From positions 11,336 to 75,335 of the forward strand of contig JBGPOY010000002.1 in the NCBI GenBank assembly GCA_041488275.1: 64,000 bases of DNA. The letters run 5' to 3'. The position numbers and the translations under genes were made by a program. A model generated the notes under the pieces. That model was not told where the DNA came from. It saw only the letters and a program-made list of their open reading frames with translations, and made no database searches. Positions 17,201 to 24,716 of the stretch are shown here, piece by piece; the first letter of the stretch is position 1, and the number at the start of each line of letters is the position of its first letter. The stretch comes from Candidatus Nanoarchaeia archaeon (GTDB lineage: Archaea; Nanobdellota; Nanobdellia; Woesearchaeales; ARS49).

Positions 17201-17361
17201 ACTTCGAGTCGCGCGTCTCCGACGACGTGATGGGCATGCAGCAGCAGATGGGCAAAATGATGGGCGACGCGCCCGCGTGCTCCAGCTGCGGCCACGTGAC
17301 GGTCAGAAACGGCTCGTGTTACAAGTGCTTGAACTGCGGCAACTCGATGGGTTGCAGCTGA
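14290..17361 (+). CDS. nrdJ: Adenosylcobalamin-dependent ribonucleotide reductase, long form (class II, NrdJ)
   Basis: Motifs [43 protein letters not shown]. C-terminal Cys-rich tail [21 protein letters not shown]. 11 nt after nrdR. Confidence 0.93.
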   Translation: [1023 protein letters not shown]

Positions 17362-17371
17362 TTTTTTCTTT

Positions 17372-17482
17372 ATGATTTCCCTTTTTGGTAAGCGCGGGCA
17401 AGTGCAGTACATCATCTACGCGATTATGTTCTTTATCGTCGCGTTCCTGCTAATCTGGCTCGTCAAGAAAGTGACGCCGTGA
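17372..17482 (+). CDS. Possible 36-aa single-TM micropeptide
   Basis: Hand translation MISLFGKRGQVQYIIYAIMFFIVAFLLIWLVKKVTP. Stop overlaps the GTG start of the next gene (GTGA). Confidence 0.3.
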   Translation: MISLFGKRGQVQYIIYAIMFFIVAFLLIWLVKKVTP

Positions 17483-17997
17483 CGCTCTACTACACGAAAG
17501 CGGGCGACAAGGGCGAAACAGGCGTGTTCGGCAAGCGCGTGCGCAAGACCGACCCGTCCATCGAAGCGATTGGCGACATTGATGAGACGAACGCAGCCTT
17601 GGGAGTCGCGCTCGCGCACGTCGATGACGGGCAAGTCCGGCAGGCAGTCATCAAGGCGCAGAACCTGATGTTTACTGTCGGCGCGGAACTCGCAGGTGTG
17701 GCAAAAGTCAGCGTGAAAGCAGCGCACGTCGAAGAATTGGAAAAAACAATCGACGCGTTCGCTGCACAAATCGAAGAGCAGACAACGTTCTTGCTGCCAA
17801 ACGGAACAAAAGGCGCGTCCTTCCTGCACCTCGCGCGCGCCGTGTGCCGCCGCGCGGAAAGAGCGGTCGCGCGCCTGCACGAAACAAAGGCAATCAACCC
17901 CGACTTGCTCAAGTATCTCAACCGGCTTTCATCCTTGCTTTACGTTCTTGCGCGGTTTGAAAACAGAAAGATAGGAGAAACGGCGCCGGTGTACTAA
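17479..17997 (+). CDS. ATP:cob(I)alamin adenosyltransferase, PduO type
   Basis: N-terminal YTKAGDKGETG motif. Helical-bundle size 172 aa. GTG start. Confidence 0.88.
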   Translation: MTLYYTKAGDKGETGVFGKRVRKTDPSIEAIGDIDETNAALGVALAHVDDGQVRQAVIKAQNLMFTVGAELAGVAKVSVKAAHVEELEKTIDAFAAQIEEQTTFLLPNGTKGASFLHLARAVCRRAERAVARLHETKAINPDLLKYLNRLSSLLYVLARFENRKIGETAPVY

Positions 17998-18686
17998 ACC
18001 GCCGGCACGTCAATCACGAGTACTTTTGCGTCCTTCTCGGCAGCCAACTTCACGATTTTCTCATCGGTGATGTCGGCGGAGTCGCCCGCTGCGAGCTTCT
18101 TGCCGTTCACGTTCAGCGCGCCGGAAATCAGAAAGACGAACGTGCAGTCCGTTATCGGCGTGTGCGTCACGCTCGTTCCTTTGTCCAATTCGCCAAGCAA
18201 GAACGCCGCGTCCTGATGCATCGTGAGCGCGTGAGCGGCTTTCTTGCCCGACACCAACAAAGTAAGCGCGTTCTTTTTCAACGCAATATCTTTTTGCCCG
18301 TACGCGGGCTTGATGCCGTGCGATTTCGGCTCGACCCAGATTTGCAACAGATGAACCGGCTTCTTGCCGTGATTGAACTCGGCGTGCACGACGCCTGTGC
18401 CCGCGCTCATGTGCTGGACGCTTCCCGCAGGAATCGTTCCTTTGTTGCCCATGCTGTCTTGATGCGTCAGCTCGCCGTCCAGAATAATCGTCACGATTTC
18501 CATATCGCGGTGCGGATGCATCCCGAACCCCTTGCCGGCGGCAATCACGTCTTCATTCAGCGCGCGCAGCGCGCCGAAGCTCACTCTTTCGGGATTGTAG
18601 TAGTCGGCAAAGCTGAAGCTGTACTTGGTTTTCAGCCAGTCAAGATTTGCGCTGCCGCGGGAAGAAGATGTGTGAACCGTAATCAT
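17994..18686 (-). CDS. Pirin family protein
   Basis: Cupin motifs GFGMHPHRDMEIVTIILDGELTHQDSMGN and HAEFN. Confidence 0.88.
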   Translation of the reverse strand: MITVHTSSSRGSANLDWLKTKYSFSFADYYNPERVSFGALRALNEDVIAAGKGFGMHPHRDMEIVTIILDGELTHQDSMGNKGTIPAGSVQHMSAGTGVVHAEFNHGKKPVHLLQIWVEPKSHGIKPAYGQKDIALKKNALTLLVSGKKAAHALTMHQDAAFLLGELDKGTSVTHTPITDCTFVFLISGALNVNGKKLAAGDSADITDEKIVKLAAEKDAKVLVIDVPAV

Positions 18687-19210
18687 TTTTCCCTTTTCAG
18701 TTTCCGAACTTCAGAAATGAGAATCTCAAATGATCTCAGCAAGGCAATCCATGTCAATCCTGCGCAAATCGCACTCACCATGATGAACGCAAGCACCCAA
18801 ATAATGATTGTTAGAAGGTCTGCAGCTTTGGGCCCCTGCGATAAAAACGAAAATGCGGAAAAGAAGACAGTAAGCGCTCCAACAACTACAAGAGTTTCCT
18901 GAAAGCGGTTACTTGATTGTGCACGTTCATTCTCCAACGCAACATTAAATCCCTTTTCGGTAATGTCAAGATGACTAGAATATTCTTTTCCAGGAGGTAC
19001 GTTAAGAAAAAGTAGTTTTTGATCTGTTAAAAATGCAACGGCCAGCATTAATTCGTAGCCTGAAATCCGCAATTTTCTTGCCAGTTCATGTTGATTGTTT
19101 GAGAAGGTCATTTTAGAAGATTCGCCGTATTTATGAGGCGCAAAACGGTAAATTTCGCCAAGAACATCTTTCCAGTTCTGTCCGGTCGAACCAGACATAA
19201 ATGTATTCAC
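18683..19210 (-). CDS. Hypothetical protein, N-terminal soluble domain + 2 C-terminal TM helices (visibly lower GC)
   Basis: 175-aa ORF overlaps the pirin start by 4 nt. No family recognised. AT-richer codon usage than its neighbours. Confidence 0.55.
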   Translation of the reverse strand: MNTFMSGSTGQNWKDVLGEIYRFAPHKYGESSKMTFSNNQHELARKLRISGYELMLAVAFLTDQKLLFLNVPPGKEYSSHLDITEKGFNVALENERAQSSNRFQETLVVVGALTVFFSAFSFLSQGPKAADLLTIIIWVLAFIMVSAICAGLTWIALLRSFEILISEVRKLKREK

Positions 19211-19755
19211 GGCCCAACACTCGACGCAACCTTCACATCCTGCGCGGTGGCTTTCAGAATCGTGACGTCCTCAAGCGGCTTGTCGTTGTGGTCGCGTTCG
19301 GAGTTCACAATCTCGTCCACAACGTCCATTCCCGTCACAACCTTTCCAAAAACAGGATGTTTCGTATCAAGAAAGTTGTTGTTGCCGATGTTGATGAAGA
19401 ACTGGCTGCCGCCCGTGTTGGGTCCGGCGTTCGCCATCGCGATGGTGCCGCGGTCGTTCCTGTTTCCCGGAGCGAACTCGTCCTTGATTTCGTAGCCCGG
19501 TCCGCCCGTGCCGTCGCCGTTCGGGTCGCCGCCCTGAATCATGAATTTGGGAATGACGCGGTGGAAGATGATGCCGTCATAGAACCCTTGCGAGACCAAT
19601 TTCTTGAAGTTGCCCGTCGTCACAGGCATGGTCTTGTCATACAACTCAAGCGTGATGTCGCCTTTCGTGGTGTGCAGGAGGACGTGGGTTTTCATTTCGG
19701 TGGGTGCGCAGGCAGTGAGCAAAAGCACCGCCAGCAGGATGACTGCCTTTCTCAT
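19207..19755 (-). CDS. Cyclophilin-type peptidyl-prolyl cis-trans isomerase with lipoprotein-like signal
   Basis: FHRVIPKFMIQGGDP and GTGGPGY motifs. N-terminal MRKAVILLAVLLLTAC. Confidence 0.9.
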   Translation of the reverse strand: MRKAVILLAVLLLTACAPTEMKTHVLLHTTKGDITLELYDKTMPVTTGNFKKLVSQGFYDGIIFHRVIPKFMIQGGDPNGDGTGGPGYEIKDEFAPGNRNDRGTIAMANAGPNTGGSQFFINIGNNNFLDTKHPVFGKVVTGMDVVDEIVNSERDHNDKPLEDVTILKATAQDVKVASSVGP

Positions 19756-19780
19756 ACCTCTGCGTGCAAAGTGCCCCTAT

Positions 19781-20494
19781 TTAAACGTTTCTCGACGCCA
19801 TCTTCCACAGCAGGTCAAAGTAGTTCTTGTACGCGGAGGCGATTTGCTTGTTCTTGATGAGAATCGCGACGGGCTCGTGGCTCCACAGAATAATGGCGAC
19901 TTTGTCCCCGTAAATGTTCGTTGACACGGGCGACGCGAATTCCTCAGGCAAATACCGCACGTCTCCGAGAGGAATTTCTTTTTTGGTCGTGCGTTTGCCG
20001 GCGTAAATCAAATGCAGCTTAATCTTGCGCGTCACTCTTTTACTGGTATAGTGCGGCAGGTAAAACCGCAAAATGTCGTCGGCGTTCTTCGCCGCGCCGA
20101 GAATGAACACGTCCTCGTTTGTCACGATTTGGTCTTCAAAAATCGTTTTGATGCCTTCCACGCCGCGGTAGAACGTCGTTTCCTGCTTTTGCTTGACTTC
20201 GGCGTACTTCGCCTTCAGCGTCGGAAGAATGGAAGAAACATCAGCCGCGGTCTGCTTCAACAATTCATTAATCCGTTCAGGATCCGTCGGAGTGTAGTAG
20301 CGCTTGTCGTTTTCCTTGATGTACGACACCAGCCCCTTCTCAATCAAGCGTTCAAGCGCATCATAAACACTTCTGCGGTGAATGCCGGTACGGCGAGAAA
20401 TAATGCCTGCCTGCGCGCGCCCGACTTCGACAAGCGTGACGTAGATTTTCGCTTCCGTCGCCGTCAACCCGAGAGGAACGAGTTTCTCGAACAT
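19781..20494 (-). CDS. TrmB family transcriptional regulator
   Basis: N-terminal wHTH LGLTATEAKIYVTLVEVGRAQAGIISRRTGIHRRSVYDALERLIEKGLV plus a C-terminal effector domain. Confidence 0.85.
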   Translation of the reverse strand: MFEKLVPLGLTATEAKIYVTLVEVGRAQAGIISRRTGIHRRSVYDALERLIEKGLVSYIKENDKRYYTPTDPERINELLKQTAADVSSILPTLKAKYAEVKQKQETTFYRGVEGIKTIFEDQIVTNEDVFILGAAKNADDILRFYLPHYTSKRVTRKIKLHLIYAGKRTTKKEIPLGDVRYLPEEFASPVSTNIYGDKVAIILWSHEPVAILIKNKQIASAYKNYFDLLWKMASRNV

Positions 20495-20495
20495 A

Positions 20496-20514
20496 GGGGG
20501 CGGTAACCGCCCCC
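20496..20514. promoter_or_regulatory. Perfect 19-bp GC palindrome in the trmB-like / ogg divergent promoter
   Basis: GGGGGCGGT-A-ACCGCCCCC lies 2 nt upstream of the trmB-like start and immediately before TATA-like gtatataat. Confidence 0.5.
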
Positions 20515-20523
20515 AAGTATATA

Positions 20524-21357
20524 ATGGTAACCTTTATGAAGCCTCATTCCCGTGCCTCAGCCATGCTCCAGACCGCGCAGCTGCTCAAAACCAAGGACTT
20601 TGACCTTTCTTCGACGGTCGAATCCGGACAAATCTTCCGCTGGCAGAAGCTCGACGACGGATACCGCATCCAGCACGGCAGGGAAGACTTCACCGTCCAG
20701 CAACAGGGAGACGCCCTCGAGTTCAGCGGAACGACGCCCGAATTCGTCACGCGCTTCTTCGGTTTGGACGTCGATTACGCAACTCTCAAGCGCCAGCTGA
20801 GCAAGGACGCGAAACTCGCGGTCGCCATCCGCGCGTATCCCGGCATCCATCTCATCCAGCAGGATCCTTGGGAGTGCACTGTCGCGTTCCTGTGTTCGTC
20901 GTTCAGCAACATCAAGAAAATCCAGCTCAATCTCAGAAAACTCGTCGAACACTTTGGCAAGGATGGCAAGTTTCCCAAGCCCGGCGCATTGAACGACCAC
21001 GAGAAAATCAAAGCCTGTTCAACGGGCTACCGCTCGAAATATATTTTTGAAGTCAACAAAAAGGTCAGCCCGCTCCTCTTCACGCATTTGCAAAACGCGT
21101 CGTACGCGAAAGCCAAGGAAGTCCTGACGGAATTGCCCGGCATCGGAGAAAAAGTCGCGGACTGCATCTGCCTTTTCGCCTTGGGAAAAACCGAAGCGTT
21201 CCCCGTCGACGTCTGGATGCAGCGCGTGATGCAGGAACTCTATTTCAACAACAAAAAGACGAAAGAAAAGGACATTCGCGCGTTCGCATTATCAAAATGG
21301 GGTCCGCTCGCCGGGTACGCGCAGCAATACCTCTACCATTGGAGGCGTTTGCAATGA
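20524..21357 (+). CDS. ogg: 8-oxoguanine DNA glycosylase (Ogg1-like, HhH-GPD)
   Basis: GQIFRWQK N-domain motif; HhH-GPD LPGIGEKVADCICLFALGK..FPVDVW. Start uncertain (20524, 20536 or 20563) because the TATA overlaps the first ATG. Confidence 0.85.
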   Translation: MVTFMKPHSRASAMLQTAQLLKTKDFDLSSTVESGQIFRWQKLDDGYRIQHGREDFTVQQQGDALEFSGTTPEFVTRFFGLDVDYATLKRQLSKDAKLAVAIRAYPGIHLIQQDPWECTVAFLCSSFSNIKKIQLNLRKLVEHFGKDGKFPKPGALNDHEKIKACSTGYRSKYIFEVNKKVSPLLFTHLQNASYAKAKEVLTELPGIGEKVADCICLFALGKTEAFPVDVWMQRVMQELYFNNKKTKEKDIRAFALSKWGPLAGYAQQYLYHWRRLQ

Positions 21358-21722
21358 AAGCGCTCTCGCTCAGACAACCGTTCGCCGAATTAGTCCTGAT
21401 AGGCAGAAAAACGATTGAAACCCGCACGTGGAACACGACGTATCGCGGCAAATTCCTTATCCACGCGGCCGCGAAATCGAACGACGAAAAAATGGAGGAA
21501 TACGGCTTCACCGAACTCCCGACGGGCTGCATTGTCGGCGAAGCCGAAATCGTGGACGTCAAAGTCTATCACGACTTGGAAACGTGGAACGCGGACGTCG
21601 AAAAACACTGCTTCCCGTTGACGGAATGGACCAAAACCCGCTACGGCTTCCTGCTCGAAAACGTGAAACGCCTCAAGCTTAAACCCTACAAGGGCGCACT
21701 GAACTTCTTTTACGTCCGATGA
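21354..21722 (+). CDS. ASCH domain protein
   Basis: MKALSLRQPFAELVLIGRKTIETR is a typical ASCH N-terminus. ATGA overlaps with both neighbours. Confidence 0.8.
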   Translation: MKALSLRQPFAELVLIGRKTIETRTWNTTYRGKFLIHAAAKSNDEKMEEYGFTELPTGCIVGEAEIVDVKVYHDLETWNADVEKHCFPLTEWTKTRYGFLLENVKRLKLKPYKGALNFFYVR

Positions 21723-22369
21723 CGACTCACGAGGAAATCGACAGCGTTCTCAAAACGCTGGTGAAAAAGCAGGGCACGAGCACGATGCTCGGGCGTCTGG
21801 GACAGCGCTACGACCCGTTTCGCGTCTTAATCTCTACTATCATGAGCGCGAGAGCGAAGGACGAAGTCACGGAAGTGCTCGCCGGTCGTTTGTTCGAGAA
21901 ATATCCTGACGTGCACGCGCTTGCGAAGGCAAAACAGAACGACGTCATCAACATCATCCGCAGCATCGGTTTTTACAACGCGAAGTCGAAGAACGTCATC
22001 AACGCGTCCAAAATGCTGCTCGAAAATTTTAACGGCAAAGTGCCTGAAACGTTAGAACAGCTTATCGAACTTCCCGGCGTCGGACGAAAAGTCGCCAACT
22101 GCGTTCTCGTGTATTCGTTCAAGCAGGACGCGATTCCCGTCGATATTCACGTGCACCGCATCAGCAACAGGCTCGGCTGGGTGAAGACCCAGGACCCGGA
22201 AGATACCGAACAGAAATTAATGAAACTCGTGCCGAAAAAGCACTGGCAGATTCTCAACGACACGTTTGTCGCGCACGGAAAAACCATCTGTCTGCCGAGA
22301 ATTCCGCGTTGTTCTCAGTGTCCCGTCTTTAAGCACTGCAAACGCGTCGGCGTGACGAAACAGCACTAA
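21719..22369 (+). CDS. nth: Endonuclease III
   Basis: HhH motif LPGVGRKVANCVL, catalytic-region PVDIHV, and 4Fe-4S cluster C-x6-C-x2-C-x5-C at the C-terminus. Confidence 0.92.
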   Translation: MTTHEEIDSVLKTLVKKQGTSTMLGRLGQRYDPFRVLISTIMSARAKDEVTEVLAGRLFEKYPDVHALAKAKQNDVINIIRSIGFYNAKSKNVINASKMLLENFNGKVPETLEQLIELPGVGRKVANCVLVYSFKQDAIPVDIHVHRISNRLGWVKTQDPEDTEQKLMKLVPKKHWQILNDTFVAHGKTICLPRIPRCSQCPVFKHCKRVGVTKQH

Positions 22370-23163
22370 GTCGTCGGGCTCACGATTTTCAGCTGTTGGT
22401 AGAACGCGTACGCGAGGAACAGCTGCGCTGCGGAGTAGAGCAGATCAAAGTACGTTCCGGTCTTGTAAGTTCCTGCATACGTCTGAAACGAAAATGCGAG
22501 GTCGCCGACGGCGTAGAGCGCGAATGCAATGCTGAAGGTGCGTAAGCTCTCGCCAAATGCGCCCTTGCGAAGCGTAAAGAACAGGACGAGGGAGAGGAGG
22601 AGCAGGACTAAGTCCCCGACCGGGTAGACCAGGCTGAAAAACTTGGAAAAAAATCCCAGTGCCGCATCGCTGATGATGAGTGAAAGAACGCCGCGGTACA
22701 CTCCGATGAGCAGGACGCTCCAGCCGATCAGAAGGGTCAGCAGGCCCCAGGCATTGATGAATTTTTTGATGCGCCCGATCAGCAGGATGAGCGCAAGGAT
22801 GCCGCAGACGTAGTAGACCGTCCAAATGACGTCAGCGACGGACGGAAACGGGTTCACGATGCCGAGCGCCACTTCGTTGTACGCCCAGATAATGCCGCCG
22901 AGGGCGTCAAGCATCCCTACGGTTGTAAGGAGCGCGAGGATTTTGCCGAGCGGGCTACGGAGACCGTGCGCGCGTACCGCCCAGACGCCCATCAGCCCGG
23001 CAATGCCTGCGAAGAGGATATACACAACATCGCCGATGACCGTCAGCCCGTGCTCGCCGCCGGGCGCCAGCACGTAGAGCAGCAGGTTGACTAGAAACAG
23101 CCCGATGAGACCCAACGTCATCATGGACTCGCGCGGTATGCGCGCAGGAGCACCTCTTTCCAT
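22366..23163 (-). CDS. 8-TM membrane protein, paralog 1 of a tandem pair
   Basis: Start taken at MERGAPARIPRES, 25-30 nt from TATA-like gtttaaatagc. Aligns along its whole length with the upstream paralog. Confidence 0.65.
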   Translation of the reverse strand: MERGAPARIPRESMMTLGLIGLFLVNLLLYVLAPGGEHGLTVIGDVVYILFAGIAGLMGVWAVRAHGLRSPLGKILALLTTVGMLDALGGIIWAYNEVALGIVNPFPSVADVIWTVYYVCGILALILLIGRIKKFINAWGLLTLLIGWSVLLIGVYRGVLSLIISDAALGFFSKFFSLVYPVGDLVLLLLSLVLFFTLRKGAFGESLRTFSIAFALYAVGDLAFSFQTYAGTYKTGTYFDLLYSAAQLFLAYAFYQQLKIVSPTT

Positions 23164-23184
23164 GCCGCGATTGAACGGCAAGCG

Positions 23185-23991
23185 CTATTTAAACTTAGTG
23201 CCGGCGCGCTCCGTTGGAAGAATGGCCTTGATTTGCAGATAGAAACTGTACGCGAGCAGCAGGTGGCAGGCATACCAGAACAGGTCGATGAAGCTGCCGG
23301 TCTGGAACGTGCCCGCGATGAGCTGAGCGCCGTAGTTGAGGTCGCCGACCGCGAACGAGGCGTAGGCGAGCAGGAATGCCAGCCACGTGGCGCCGAACAT
23401 GCCCTTGCGGAGCGTGAGGAAGATGAGCGCGGCCAGCAGGATGAGGATGAGGTCGCCCAGCGGGTATTCTGCGGACAGGAATTTCAGCCATGCCGATTGC
23501 GTCGGGTCAACGAAAATCGTGCGGAGTATCGATGTCCAGACGATGTACACAAGCATTCCCCAGCCGACGAGCGTGATGAGCACGGTGCGGGTTGACAGGA
23601 CGTCCTTCACTTTCCAGAGCGCGTACACGAGTCCGCTGATGGCGATGACGTAAAACAGGAGCCAGAGATAGTCGGCAGGCGTCGGGAACGGGCTGTCGAG
23701 TCCGAGCCAGACTTCATAATACAGCCACACCACTCCCGCGATTGCGTCGAGCGCCGTCGCGATGGCGAGCAGGCGCAGGATTTTTCCTTGGGGAGAACGC
23801 GTGCCGTAGAGCCGGACCGCGATGAACCCGATGATGGCGGCGATGCCCGCGTACAAGACATACACGATGTCGCCGAACGCCTTGATGCCGTTAGCTCCGC
23901 CGGGCTTGACGGCGTACACCAAGAAGGTCAGCAGAAACAAGATGATGAGCGTCAACGAAACCGTTGACTCGCGCGGAATGCCTCCTTTCAC
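23185..23991 (-). CDS. 8-TM membrane protein, paralog 2 of a tandem pair
   Basis: Start proposed at GTG (VKGGIPRES), about 25 nt from TATA-like gtttataaatc. The longer track ORF would include the TATA box. Confidence 0.6.
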   Translation of the reverse strand: MKGGIPRESTVSLTLIILFLLTFLVYAVKPGGANGIKAFGDIVYVLYAGIAAIIGFIAVRLYGTRSPQGKILRLLAIATALDAIAGVVWLYYEVWLGLDSPFPTPADYLWLLFYVIAISGLVYALWKVKDVLSTRTVLITLVGWGMLVYIVWTSILRTIFVDPTQSAWLKFLSAEYPLGDLILILLAALIFLTLRKGMFGATWLAFLLAYASFAVGDLNYGAQLIAGTFQTGSFIDLFWYACHLLLAYSFYLQIKAILPTERAGTKFK

Positions 23992-24080
23992 AGAGCGCTC
24001 ACTCCGAGAGCGATTTATAAACGTTTCGCGCTGTTGCACAATAACAATCCATATAAACCGTCGGTGCTTCCTCACAACTG

Positions 24081-24716
24081 GTGTCTGGAATGGAAACCGG
24101 TGAGTGGACTAACGCGTTCTTGCCGCTGCAGTTCCGCAAGGAATTGGAGCACGTCTACCGCGAGGTCGAGTCCGTCACCGAAGCGGTCTACCGCGTCGGC
24201 ACGCAGGAAGCGTTCGATGTCGGGCTGGAGTCGATGCTCGAGACGTGCTGGACCGTTGAGCAGTGGAAGGCAAAGTTTTCGGACACGCTCTCGCCGTACG
24301 CACTGGCGTATTTTGTCAACGACACGCAGACGTACATCGCGGACATGATGCATTACGCCGATGAATGGGTGCGCCCTCGAGACTTCACCACGCGCGCCAA
24401 GTTCCGCGACGGAAAGCAAGTGGGTTGGGACGAGCCCGGCAAGAAAGTCTATTCCTCAGAAGTCATCTCGCTCAGCGAGCTCGTCAACGGCAAATCTGAA
24501 CCATTCACCCCGCCGCCGCGCGACGACCGAAAGGGCTGGGTCAGTAAATGGCTCTTGCGCGGAGCCGTCGCCGGCGCCATCATGGCGTGCGCGGTCTACG
24601 GCGCGCTCGATGGGAGAAGCAAGCCGATGGACTACGTCGCCCCCTTCTTTGCCTCGATGGGTTTTGCAGGCATGATTGCGGCATCGAAACCGTACGAGCC
24701 TCGGCGAACGGTATGA
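24081..24716 (+). CDS. Hypothetical protein with C-terminal TM helices
   Basis: 211-aa ORF with GTG start (or ATG at 24090). Its stop overlaps the alaX start (ATGA). No family recognised. Confidence 0.55.
   Translation: MSGMETGEWTNAFLPLQFRKELEHVYREVESVTEAVYRVGTQEAFDVGLESMLETCWTVEQWKAKFSDTLSPYALAYFVNDTQTYIADMMHYADEWVRPRDFTTRAKFRDGKQVGWDEPGKKVYSSEVISLSELVNGKSEPFTPPPRDDRKGWVSKWLLRGAVAGAIMACAVYGALDGRSKPMDYVAPFFASMGFAGMIAASKPYEPRRTV

Noticed and set aside
14290-17361. An intein as the explanation for the 1023-aa length of NrdJ
   Set aside because: RNR motifs follow one another without an inserted block carrying Cys/Ser...HN-type splice junctions or endonuclease motifs. The length is consistent with the long NrdJ form, which has a C-terminal Cys-rich tail.
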